From: Aquirufa sp.
GTDB lineage: Bacteria; Bacteroidota; Bacteroidia; Cytophagales; Spirosomataceae
Assembly (NCBI RefSeq): GCF_044342065.1
Contig: NZ_JBIIQN010000010.1
Coordinates: 3,764-67,763 of the forward strand
DNA: 64,000 nt
Direction: 5' to 3'
Shown here: one piece after another, positions 25,810 through 34,336 of the stretch
How the letters are laid out: the number at the start of each line of letters is the position of its first letter
Numbering within the stretch: position 1 is the stretch's first letter
Position numbers and translations under genes: made by a program
Notes under the pieces: generated by a model
What the model was told of the DNA's origin: nothing
The model's database searches: none
Seen by the model: the letters and a program-made list of their open reading frames with translations, nothing else

Positions 25810-27561
25810 CTAGCTAGTTTTGCCATCACCGGTTTTGCCTTCACTAGTTTTAACATCACCTGTTTTGCCATCAACAGTTTTACCATTACTTGTCTTACCA
25901 TTACCTCTCTTACCATTGCCTCTCTTACCATTGCCTGACTTGCTATCACCTGTCTTGCTATCACCTGTCTTACTATCGCCTGTCTTACTATCGCCTGTCT
26001 TACTATCGCCTGTCTTACTATCGCCTGTCTTACTATCGCCTGTCTTACTATCGCCTGTCTTACTATCGCCTGTCTTACTATCGCTTGTCTTACCATCGCT
26101 TGTCTTACCATCGCCTGTCTTACTATCGCCTGTCTTACTATCGCCTGTCTTACTATCGCCTGTCTTGCTATCGCCTGTCTTGCTATCGCCTGTCTTGCTA
26201 TCTCCTGTCTTGCTATCTCCTGTCTTGCTATCTCCTGTCTTGCTATCTCCTGTCTTGCTATCTCCTGTCTTTCTATCTCCTGTCTTTCTATCTCCTGTCT
26301 TTCTATCTCCTGTCTTTCTATCTCCTGTCTTTCCATTGTAAAGAGTTGGCTCAGGATTAGAAAAGAAATAGGTTGGATGAGGAAATTCTATTTTCTTTTT
26401 AATTTTTCCTTTAAAAAAGTCACTTAGTTTATAGATAGTATCTTCTCCTGTTATCTTATAATAAGAAAGAAGGTTTATATCTGTGCTCTTTAACATATCA
26501 ATTTGTTTCTTTGATATTATTTCTAGATAGCCTGACTCATTTTTTGTAAATTTCAAAAGTCTTATTAATGTCTCTTTAGAAACATACTCATCGAGATCAA
26601 TTTTATCGGAGTTGTCTGTCCCTAGTGATACTGGTCCGCTATTTTCTCCGTCTTTGGTTGATGTTTTTAAGCTTGATTCCGGTCTAGGTCCTGTTATTAT
26701 TTCAATTATGGATTCGCGTAAAGCAAAAGTAACTACAAAAATCCCTACAAACACTGCCGCAATCGATAGCATCAAAGTTTGATTTGATTTCGTCTCCTTA
26801 ACTTGTTTATGCGGGCTTTCCAACACATCGATTATTTGAACTGTGATGTTATCATGTCCTCCACCTTGTTTGGCAAGTTTAATTAATTGCAAGGCGCACG
26901 CCATAGGATCAGCAATTGTTTGCAAGGTTTTAGTAAACACTTCATGGCTAATTAATCCCGAAAGCCCATCTGAACAAAGAACGATGCGCTCCCCTTTTAC
27001 GGCCTTGATGTTTTTAGAAATAGTAGGTTCTTCGGTTTCTCGAATGCCCAATGCCTTGGTGATTTCATTTTTTCGAGGATGATGTTCAGATTGACTCTGG
27101 GAAATCAAGCCTTGGTCTACCATGTCTTGTACAACTGAATGGTCTTTGGTAATTTGAGTCAGTTTGTTATCAAGAAAGCGGTAAGCACGGCTATCGCCTA
27201 TGTGTCCTACATGTATTTCATCTTGGTACTGCAGCATGACCACGGCAGTAGTCCCCATGCCTTTACTCGTAGGACTTACTTTGCTTTCAAAATAAATCTG
27301 CTGGTTGGCAAATTTAATGGCATTGGCTAACGCAATGGAAGCATTATCAATGGGCTTTGTTGTCAAATACTCCGAAATAAATCGAACGGCAGCTTCCGAT
27401 GCTTTATCGCCGCTATCATGTCCTCCCATACCATCGCAGACGATGTAGGCGATACAATCAGGATTAATTCGAACCACGAGTTCGCGATCTTCATTGAGTT
27501 GGCGAACAAGGCCAACATCAGTTAATGAGGCATGCTTGAATGTATATTTCGTATTTGACAT
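25810..27561 (-). CDS. PP2C (Stp1/PrpC-type) Ser/Thr phosphatase with a TM helix and a pentapeptide-repeat tail
   Basis: TDVGLVR..NED, VCDGMGGH, GTT, GDSRAY, DHS, LCSDGL, GGHDNITV; TM LSIAAVFVGIFVVTFAL; (KTGDS)n tail. Confidence 0.95.
   Translation of the reverse strand: MSNTKYTFKHASLTDVGLVRQLNEDRELVVRINPDCIAYIVCDGMGGHDSGDKASEAAVRFISEYLTTKPIDNASIALANAIKFANQQIYFESKVSPTSKGMGTTAVVMLQYQDEIHVGHIGDSRAYRFLDNKLTQITKDHSVVQDMVDQGLISQSQSEHHPRKNEITKALGIRETEEPTISKNIKAVKGERIVLCSDGLSGLISHEVFTKTLQTIADPMACALQLIKLAKQGGGHDNITVQIIDVLESPHKQVKETKSNQTLMLSIAAVFVGIFVVTFALRESIIEIITGPRPESSLKTSTKDGENSGPVSLGTDNSDKIDLDEYVSKETLIRLLKFTKNESGYLEIISKKQIDMLKSTDINLLSYYKITGEDTIYKLSDFFKGKIKKKIEFPHPTYFFSNPEPTLYNGKTGDRKTGDRKTGDRKTGDRKTGDSKTGDSKTGDSKTGDSKTGDSKTGDSKTGDSKTGDSKTGDSKTGDSKTGDGKTSDGKTSDSKTGDSKTGDSKTGDSKTGDSKTGDSKTGDSKTGDSKTGDSKTGDSKSGNGKRGNGKRGNGKTSNGKTVDGKTGDVKTSEGKTGDGKTS
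25813..26331 (-). repeat. 15-bp coding tandem repeat, ~34.6 copies (AAG ACA GGM GAT AGH; KTGD[R/S/G])
   Basis: 519 bp = 173 codons; variants fall in blocks, degenerating toward the 3' end. Confidence 0.97.
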
Positions 27562-27566
27562 CGTCT

Positions 27567-29099
27567 TTAAATGTTGAATTTAAGTTTTACATCCCCTAAT
27601 TGAATGAGATCACCGTTAACTATGGGAGCAAAATCTACTTTTTGTCCATTGATCAGTACGCCATTTGAGCTTCCTAAATCTTGAATGATGAATTTACCAT
27701 CCTGCATGAATTTAATCGCTGCATGTTTTCGGGATACGGATGCAATGTTGATCTGGAAGTTGTTTGAATCTTTGTCGCGACCTATGGTGAAAGTTGATTT
27801 ATCCACATAAAACTCTCCCCGGTTGCCATTGTGATTATACGTAATGCGCGGGAATGCATTTTTCTTTTTCATTAAAGCATCTAGACGTTCTTGTTCCTGC
27901 TGTTCCAATAATTCCGCTTTTTGTCTAGCGATCTTGTCTTCGGTTTCACGCTGCTTGTCCAGGATGCTTCTTATTTCTTGCTCGTGCTGAAAATCTTTCG
28001 CTTGGGCCTCTTGTAAGCGCTGCGCTTTTTTCTTTTTGTAATTCTTAACAAGTACCAAAGATCCCCAAATTGCTAAAGCGATTGCGATCAACAAGCAAAT
28101 AAACAAAATTACATTTGCCTTTATCCAATCAATCGGATTGAATGGATATCTTTTAACCACACTATGCGCTTTCACGTTATCCAGGTAAATGCCTATTTCA
28201 TTTTCAGCCCCGGTTTTGGTCAAGTTCGAAAAGTAGGAAATATTGTAGTATTTACCTGTTGAATTTTTAATCATATCATCGAAAAAGCGACCAATTTGAT
28301 CAGATGTTTCAATAATATTATTCCGCTTACTAACAAAGTATTGACCATTGGTAACCTTACAAATTTCATTTTCGGTTACGGGTTGGTAACGCGCAGCACC
28401 GATGTTGTAACCGATGGCGTAAATCGGAATATCGGTATTTTGGCTTAAATCAGTAATCTCTTTAATCGTTTTTTGACTGGCTATGTTGGGCAAATCATCA
28501 GACAATAACAAGATGTTTTTGCTTGATGCATCTTTTGATTTAGATAAAAATTGCAAAGCTTCATCTAAGGCAAAATAGATGTCAGATCCTTTTTGAAGAT
28601 TAGGTAAGAATGACTTCGCTTTTAACCGGTTAACCTGAGCCATGACATCTTGCTCATTATTACTGGGATTCGGATCCGAAAGGAACATGTATTGCCCCCC
28701 TCTAAACCAATCAAAGCTTGCCACGTAAACTTTGTCATTCGAATTGATTTTGCCAGAAATACCTAGGGATAGTACGGCCTTGAAGAAGGCTCTTTGGTTG
28801 ACTCCTTTGGGTAAATAATGGTTTTCAATCAAAATCAAGACCGTCTTGTTGGGGGCTTGTTTGGCTTTTGCGGGGGCTCCAATTTCAAAAATGGATTTGA
28901 TTTGAACTTTCTTATTATTTTCTCTTATGGAAAATGAGCTCGTATCAATCGGGTATATTGACCTTGTCCATACCGTTGTGGTGACAGTTGGGAATTTTTT
29001 GAAATCAAAAGACTGGGTATTGATATCAAATTTTTGAGCATAAGAAAATAAGAGCACCCCTTGAAAAAGTAATGCTAAAATCCATTTTGACTTGTTCAT
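27567..29099 (-). CDS. Signal peptide-vWA-TM-coiled coil-FHA protein
   Basis: vWA-like core (VLILIENH, GSDIYFALDEA, ILLLSD, IPIYAIG); one TM; Q/E/K-rich coil; FHA TIGR...VSRKHA..DLGSSNGVLING. Confidence 0.85.
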   Translation of the reverse strand: MNKSKWILALLFQGVLLFSYAQKFDINTQSFDFKKFPTVTTTVWTRSIYPIDTSSFSIRENNKKVQIKSIFEIGAPAKAKQAPNKTVLILIENHYLPKGVNQRAFFKAVLSLGISGKINSNDKVYVASFDWFRGGQYMFLSDPNPSNNEQDVMAQVNRLKAKSFLPNLQKGSDIYFALDEALQFLSKSKDASSKNILLLSDDLPNIASQKTIKEITDLSQNTDIPIYAIGYNIGAARYQPVTENEICKVTNGQYFVSKRNNIIETSDQIGRFFDDMIKNSTGKYYNISYFSNLTKTGAENEIGIYLDNVKAHSVVKRYPFNPIDWIKANVILFICLLIAIALAIWGSLVLVKNYKKKKAQRLQEAQAKDFQHEQEIRSILDKQRETEDKIARQKAELLEQQEQERLDALMKKKNAFPRITYNHNGNRGEFYVDKSTFTIGRDKDSNNFQINIASVSRKHAAIKFMQDGKFIIQDLGSSNGVLINGQKVDFAPIVNGDLIQLGDVKLKFNI

Positions 29100-29105
29100 A
29101 GTATG

Positions 29106-29765
29106 TTAAATTGCTGTTCTAAACTTCAAAATAGTTGAGCCAATTTTGATTTTGTCTCCATCTTTTAATTCATATGGAATACCTATTTCGATATCAACAT
29201 CATTGATAAAGGTTCCATTAGCTGTCATTTCATCTTTTAAATAAAAGCGATCTTTTCTGCAAAGCAGAGATACATGCTTACTCGAGATGCTATGATCTTC
29301 TGTGATAGAAATGGTGTTTTCAGGATCACGGCCGATGGTATTTGTGCCTTCGTAAATTCTAAAGTCAACCCCCATCGGATCTATGGTATAAGAAATTAGC
29401 CATGCCGTAATTTTTCGAGATGGGCGTGCGTTTCCTTCACCGAATGTTCCATCTGCTGAACCTTCTTCGGTTTGGATAAAGGTACGATTTAGGTCTTTAG
29501 GTTTGCCAAACGCTTCTCCTGCTGGTGCCGCTTGCGAACCAAAAAGTTGTGTTGCATCTAAATTTCCACCTGCAGAATTCCCCCCTGTGATTTGGGTTTT
29601 ATTTAAATCAGTTCCCCCGCCCCCGTTATTGGGTACGGTAATTGAAGTTTTGTCCAGGTTATTCGACTGCGTAATGTTTGTCGCATTTCCACTTGGACAA
29701 TACGGACATGCTGTCTCCGTATTTGGATATAAGTGTCCATTGGGACATTTTGTATAGTTGCTCAT
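29106..29765 (-). CDS. Zn-ribbon-FHA domain protein
   Basis: CPNGH...CPYC N-terminus; FHA TIGRD...ISSKH...DEMTANGTFIND. Confidence 0.9.
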   Translation of the reverse strand: MSNYTKCPNGHLYPNTETACPYCPSGNATNITQSNNLDKTSITVPNNGGGGTDLNKTQITGGNSAGGNLDATQLFGSQAAPAGEAFGKPKDLNRTFIQTEEGSADGTFGEGNARPSRKITAWLISYTIDPMGVDFRIYEGTNTIGRDPENTISITEDHSISSKHVSLLCRKDRFYLKDEMTANGTFINDVDIEIGIPYELKDGDKIKIGSTILKFRTAI

Positions 29766-29795
29766 AATGTTGTTATGATTGATTTTTAGAAATAA

Positions 29796-30305
29796 TTAAC
29801 TCATTGCAGCGATAAGCGCACCAGCGAAAATAAGGAAAAACAGGCCATAAAGAACACAAATAATTAAAGCCCACCATAACCATGCTTTAGCTAGATTCTT
29901 GGTAACAATGGCCCTAGGATCATCTTTATTTACCCAAATGATCGCCATAATCAGGTTAACCAGTGGTATACCTAAAAGTAGCATATATATCATGAAATCT
30001 CCTACGCTTGGCACTTCCACATAAGAATTCTGGCCGTCAGCGTTTGTATTTGATGAAACACTGCTGAAATCCACATAGTTCATCCAAGGCACGAGTGCAT
30101 TTCCTGCTTTTACGATGTCAAATTGATTTAACACCTGGGTACCATACACTTTTGATCCGTTGACAAAAGTTCCATTGGTTGATCCTAAGTCGGTAATGGT
30201 GATCTGACCATGCTGATGGTCAATTTTAGCGTGCATTTTAGAAACACTTGAATCATTTATAACAATGTCGCATGTATTTAATCTGCCAATTGAGAATGCT
30301 TGCAT
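29796..30305 (-). CDS. FHA domain protein with a C-terminal two-TM membrane domain
   Basis: SIGR...VSKMHA...DLGSTNGTFVNG; then LLLGIPLVNLIMAIIW...NLAKAWLWW. Confidence 0.9.
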   Translation of the reverse strand: MQAFSIGRLNTCDIVINDSSVSKMHAKIDHQHGQITITDLGSTNGTFVNGSKVYGTQVLNQFDIVKAGNALVPWMNYVDFSSVSSNTNADGQNSYVEVPSVGDFMIYMLLLGIPLVNLIMAIIWVNKDDPRAIVTKNLAKAWLWWALIICVLYGLFFLIFAGALIAAMS

Positions 30306-30380
30306 ATTCGTAATTTTAGTTTTAATAGGAAATATTTTAGATACAATTAAGTTTTTTCAAACCTTAAATGCAATGTTTTT

Positions 30381-30392
30381 TTATTTAACGGT
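30381..30392 (-). promoter_or_regulatory. Recurrent upstream motif ACCGTTAAATAA, copy 6
   Basis: 87 nt upstream of the first gene of the FHA/kinase operon. Confidence 0.6.
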
Positions 30393-30524
30393 CAATCTAT
30401 ACGATGTTCGTTGGCTTACTTACTTTTTGTAAATATACTTTTGTCCTACAATTTTAGCCATGATTTTGTCATTATTTTTTTATTCGATTTTACTCTAGAC
30501 TCACTTAAAATTGAAGCGAAATTC

Positions 30525-30532
30525 TACCTTTG
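30525..30532 (+). promoter_or_regulatory. Bacteroidota -7 promoter element TACCTTTG
   Basis: Matches TAnnTTTG, ~150 nt upstream of the 30685 ORF. Confidence 0.4.
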
Positions 30533-30684
30533 GTCTCTTCTAAAGGCAAGCATAATAAGACTTATCTATTAAGATGAATCAGGGGGACATGTGCGTTGCA
30601 GTGTGAGCCCGCAGGAGTTCAACTTTAAACTTTAGGATTATATACTAATAATTGATTATACACGTTTGAAAGATTTGTTGGTAA

Positions 30685-30939
30685 ATGAAGAAACAGGAAT
30701 TAAACCGATTACGTAATCGGTTTGACTTGCTAGCGGGAAAAGATGAGCATCCTGATTTTGTTCTAGATGCCGCTTTTTTGGCGTTGCGCGACGCTTGCAC
30801 GCGTGCATTTGAAGTTTTGAATTTGCAACGTACGCAGCGGTATTCCATTGTGGAATTACAGGATTTACTTGAGTTCGTTGACCATAAGGCCGACTACCAT
30901 CACCAAATTTTAAAATTACATCTAAAAATTAACCCTTAA
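30685..30939 (+). CDS. Small hypothetical protein
   Basis: 84-aa helical ORF directly upstream of, and co-oriented with, the TPR-protease. Confidence 0.55.
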   Translation: MKKQELNRLRNRFDLLAGKDEHPDFVLDAAFLALRDACTRAFEVLNLQRTQRYSIVELQDLLEFVDHKADYHHQILKLHLKINP

Positions 30940-30986
30940 CTAATTTTTGGATAAGATCTATCAACCTTATTGACGTTAAGAAATAT

Positions 30987-33035
30987 ATGAAAATGAAAAA
31001 AATTGTTTTGTTATGCTTGTTGGCCTGCGGCTTCTCAGCTATGTCCCAGAGTTATCAATTGCAAATGGGAATCAATACATTCTTAGAAAAAAAATATGAT
31101 GAAGCGATTCCCTTTTTTAATAAGGAATTGCAGTTGCATCCAAAGGAAGGACGTGCCTATTATTATTTGGCAAAAATTCATCTTACTAAAGATGAAAATG
31201 TGGAAGGCTTGAAAAAAATTGATTTAGCCATTGCCAATTTAGCTGATGCAGATACCGTATTAGCAAAAGCATGGATCACCAAAGGGGATATTTTTCAGCA
31301 AATTAACGATACCGCTAGATTCGAATCGGCTTATTTAAAGGCCTTGAAGTTATTTCCAGCACTTCCTGAAGTGTACTTGGAACGCGCATCCAGTTATATG
31401 AGTTGGCGGATGTATGAAAAGGCAAAGGTGGATTTATTTAAGGTCCTTGAGTTAGATCAAACCCATCTTGAAGCCCGGAGTTTATTGTGTAACCTATATG
31501 TGGAAGAAAAGAAATACGATGCGATTATCAAGGAGGCCAATAAAATGATTGCGCTAGATCCCAATTACGTGGATTCCTATGATTTTCGCGCAATGGCGTA
31601 TTTTTATTTAAAAAAGTATGATTTAGCGATTCAGGATGCCTATACGGCTTTGACTCTGAACGATCGGGTTGCTCGGTTGAAGTTCAATTATTTGGTATAT
31701 GCCAAGAAAAATTTTGGTTTAGCCCTTGCCAAAATTTCAAGCATAATCAATGAATATCCTCAGAACGATAATTGGTACTTGTTGCGTTCCCAAATCTATG
31801 CTGAAAAGCGTGATTTCGATAAGGCTTTACAGGATTTTGAGCGAATCTTAACCCTTGTATCAGTAAATATATACCCGCATTTTTTTGCTAAGCGCGCTGA
31901 GGTATATTCGAAGATGGGTTTATATAAGAAGGCAATTGGAGATTATACGGGAGCCATTGAGAGCGATTCTGCTGATTGGGAAAGCATTGCAGCCCGGGGG
32001 AATGCCTATCGATTGCTGGGCAAGTATGACCTTGCAATAGCTGATTTTGATCGGGCTATTGAATTGTATCCTGAGTCGGCCGACTACTATTTGTTTCGAG
32101 GCTGGGCAAAAGAGGAATTGCCAGGGGAATCAGCTGCCAGCTTAGCTGATTACACAACTGCGATCGAGCTAGATCGCGAATTATCCATTGCCTATTTACA
32201 TCGAGGGCGGCTTTACCAAAAAAGTTACCAAGACACCATTCGGGCGAATGCTGATTTTCGCCGGGTGATTGAATTAGATACCATGACGGGTTCGGAGCGT
32301 AATTCCCGCCAATTTGCGCTTGCTGGATTAGGAAAAGTTCATGAGGCTAAGGCTTGGATGTCCAAGATTCTTTCCGAGTATCCCGAAGATGGGAATTACT
32401 ATGATGCGGCTTGTTTGTATGCTCTTTTGAACTCACCAAAAGAATCAGTGGCTTATTTGGATTCCTCATTCCAAAAGGGCTATCGTGATTTTATTCATTT
32501 GGCTACGGATAATGATTTGGATTTAGTTCGGAATTTACCTGAGTTTAAAAATGTCGTTTCGCAATGGAAGGCAAAGTTTGGTGCTAAAATGGAGCCATCT
32601 GCCGTAATTCGTCCGCTTGAGTCAACGATTAGCGGCACCTATGTCATTCCTTTTAAAGTGGATAGGGGAGGGACTTTTGAAGTTGCTAGTAAGGTGAATG
32701 GCCTACCTTTGAAAATGCTGTTTGATACGGGAGCGGGTGATATTACAATCTCACAAACCGAAGTTGATTTTATGATTAAGAATGGATATTTGAATGAGAA
32801 GGATTTTACCGGAAAGGCTCGCTATACGTTGGCAAATGGTGAGGCTCTAATCGCGAAGACTGTTTTATTAAAAAAAGTGGAACTAGGCGGGCTCGTGCTG
32901 GAAAATGTAGCAGCGGCTGTGGTGGAAAATAGGGAAGCGGGTATGTTGTTCGGACAAAGCGCCATGGGGCGGTATGCCACGATAACCATCGATAATAAAA
33001 AGAAGCAATTGATTATTACAGGCAATAAAAAATAA
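30987..33035 (+). CDS. Secreted TPR protein with a C-terminal retropepsin-like aspartic protease domain
   Basis: Signal peptide; many TPRs; YYDAACLYAL...GY.D......D.DL terminal helical unit; MLFDTGA and MLFGQSAM retropepsin motifs. Confidence 0.88.
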   Translation: MKMKKIVLLCLLACGFSAMSQSYQLQMGINTFLEKKYDEAIPFFNKELQLHPKEGRAYYYLAKIHLTKDENVEGLKKIDLAIANLADADTVLAKAWITKGDIFQQINDTARFESAYLKALKLFPALPEVYLERASSYMSWRMYEKAKVDLFKVLELDQTHLEARSLLCNLYVEEKKYDAIIKEANKMIALDPNYVDSYDFRAMAYFYLKKYDLAIQDAYTALTLNDRVARLKFNYLVYAKKNFGLALAKISSIINEYPQNDNWYLLRSQIYAEKRDFDKALQDFERILTLVSVNIYPHFFAKRAEVYSKMGLYKKAIGDYTGAIESDSADWESIAARGNAYRLLGKYDLAIADFDRAIELYPESADYYLFRGWAKEELPGESAASLADYTTAIELDRELSIAYLHRGRLYQKSYQDTIRANADFRRVIELDTMTGSERNSRQFALAGLGKVHEAKAWMSKILSEYPEDGNYYDAACLYALLNSPKESVAYLDSSFQKGYRDFIHLATDNDLDLVRNLPEFKNVVSQWKAKFGAKMEPSAVIRPLESTISGTYVIPFKVDRGGTFEVASKVNGLPLKMLFDTGAGDITISQTEVDFMIKNGYLNEKDFTGKARYTLANGEALIAKTVLLKKVELGGLVLENVAAAVVENREAGMLFGQSAMGRYATITIDNKKKQLIITGNKK

Positions 33036-33054
33036 TGCTAATTTTAGTGCAGTC

Positions 33055-33792
33055 ATGACGAAAACGGTTCCCTTGCTACTTTTTTTATTCGTTTGCCTTT
33101 TATTCGCTTTGGTTTATTTTTTTCGAGCACCCTCAGGAATCGAAAGAAAGCGCGACCCTTGGGCCTTAGCCAAGCAATACGATGTGCGTGGATTGGATCT
33201 CTCACATTGGAACGGGCGCATATTGTATGATCATTTAGGTGATTTGGATTTTGTATTCTTAAAAGTAAGCGAAGGTGATAGTCGTGTGGACCCTAGTTTC
33301 ATCGGCCACTATCATGCTTTTCGGAAAAGAGACATTCCTGTGGGAGCCTATCATTTTTTTAGATTTGATGTGGACGGGAAAATGCAGGCCCGGCATTTTT
33401 TACGCCAATTGGACGGACGCCACTTGCAATTACCCCTTGTGATTGATGTAGAGCAAGATGGGAATCAGTTTGTAAGCAATGAAATCGTCAGAATGCGCTT
33501 AAAGGAATTCATGGCTGAATTGAAAAAACATACCCGCCAAAAACCCATCATTTATACAAACGGAAACGGGTATAGCAATTTTATTGAAGACGATTTTGAT
33601 CATCATACACTTTGGCTTAGTGCTACAAATACTTGGAGGCCAGCGATGATGGATTGTACATTTTGGCAATTCAATATAGATGCCGATTTAATGGCGATTA
33701 CCCATCGGGCTGATTTGAATGTTTTTCGAGGCAGTAGGGAAGAATGGGAAGGCTATTTAGCCAAACATAAACCTTATGTCATCAACATGTAG
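33055..33792 (+). CDS. GH25 lysozyme (muramidase) family protein
   Basis: GLDLSHWNG, FVFLKVSEG, VGAYHFF, LVIDVE, FWQF; N-terminal TM anchor. Confidence 0.9.
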   Translation: MTKTVPLLLFLFVCLLFALVYFFRAPSGIERKRDPWALAKQYDVRGLDLSHWNGRILYDHLGDLDFVFLKVSEGDSRVDPSFIGHYHAFRKRDIPVGAYHFFRFDVDGKMQARHFLRQLDGRHLQLPLVIDVEQDGNQFVSNEIVRMRLKEFMAELKKHTRQKPIIYTNGNGYSNFIEDDFDHHTLWLSATNTWRPAMMDCTFWQFNIDADLMAITHRADLNVFRGSREEWEGYLAKHKPYVINM

Positions 33793-33804
33793 GGGCAGTT
33801 TTAA

Positions 33805-34314
33805 TCATCTAGGCCTTCCGAAATTCTGCGTCCAATAGTTTTTCTCCCGACCAAATCCCACTTCGGTAAATCTGGCGTTCATGATGTTTTTACAATGCCC
33901 AGGGGAATTAATCCATGATTCCATGACTTGTTTTTCAGAAGTTTGCCCTAAAGCAATGTTTTCGCCCAATACTGTCCATGTATACCCTTCGGAATTGACT
34001 CGGTCCGCCATTGTTCTGCCATCTTGACTCGTATGGCTAAAGTAATTTTTGGTCGCCATATCCGTACTGTGTTTACTTGCGGATTTGCCAAGTTTGTCGT
34101 TCCATGCCAACTTAGCCACAGCGGGCATGGACTCCGTGCCACATTGACAACCGGCTGTTCGATAGCCATTGATTAAACTTAGCATGTTTGCTTTGTTTAT
34201 GCCGTAAATGATTTCATTTGTGGGTAATGGTGCAATCGCAGGGTCATCAGATTTGGTACAACTAAAAACAAGCGCTCCTAAAGTGAAGTAAAGAAGATGT
34301 TTAAGTTGTTTCAT
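33805..34314 (-). CDS. CAP (SCP-like) domain lipoprotein
   Basis: Lipobox VFSC; INGYR, LAWNDKL, HSTDM, FSH, GENIA, WINSPGHCKNIM. Confidence 0.92.
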   Translation of the reverse strand: MKQLKHLLYFTLGALVFSCTKSDDPAIAPLPTNEIIYGINKANMLSLINGYRTAGCQCGTESMPAVAKLAWNDKLGKSASKHSTDMATKNYFSHTSQDGRTMADRVNSEGYTWTVLGENIALGQTSEKQVMESWINSPGHCKNIMNARFTEVGFGREKNYWTQNFGRPR

Positions 34315-34336
34315 GGCGAGTTATCGTTATGGCTAG

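Noticed and set aside
25813-26331. Possible CRISPR array
   Set aside because: Units are directly adjacent with no unique spacers, are in frame within a gene, and no cas genes are present.
25743-26360. ORFs 25743-26336(-, ERQEI/VRQAI), 25820-26341(+, LSPVL) and 25890-26360(+, YRLSY)
   Set aside because: The 15-bp unit has no stop in five of six frames, so these are shadows of the PP2C repeat. Only the 3' tail of the minus-strand shadow is considered, as a separate finding.
23487-30305. Type VI secretion accessory cluster (PpkA/PppA/Fha-like)
   Set aside because: No sheath, tube, VgrG, baseplate or membrane-complex genes are recognisable in the window.
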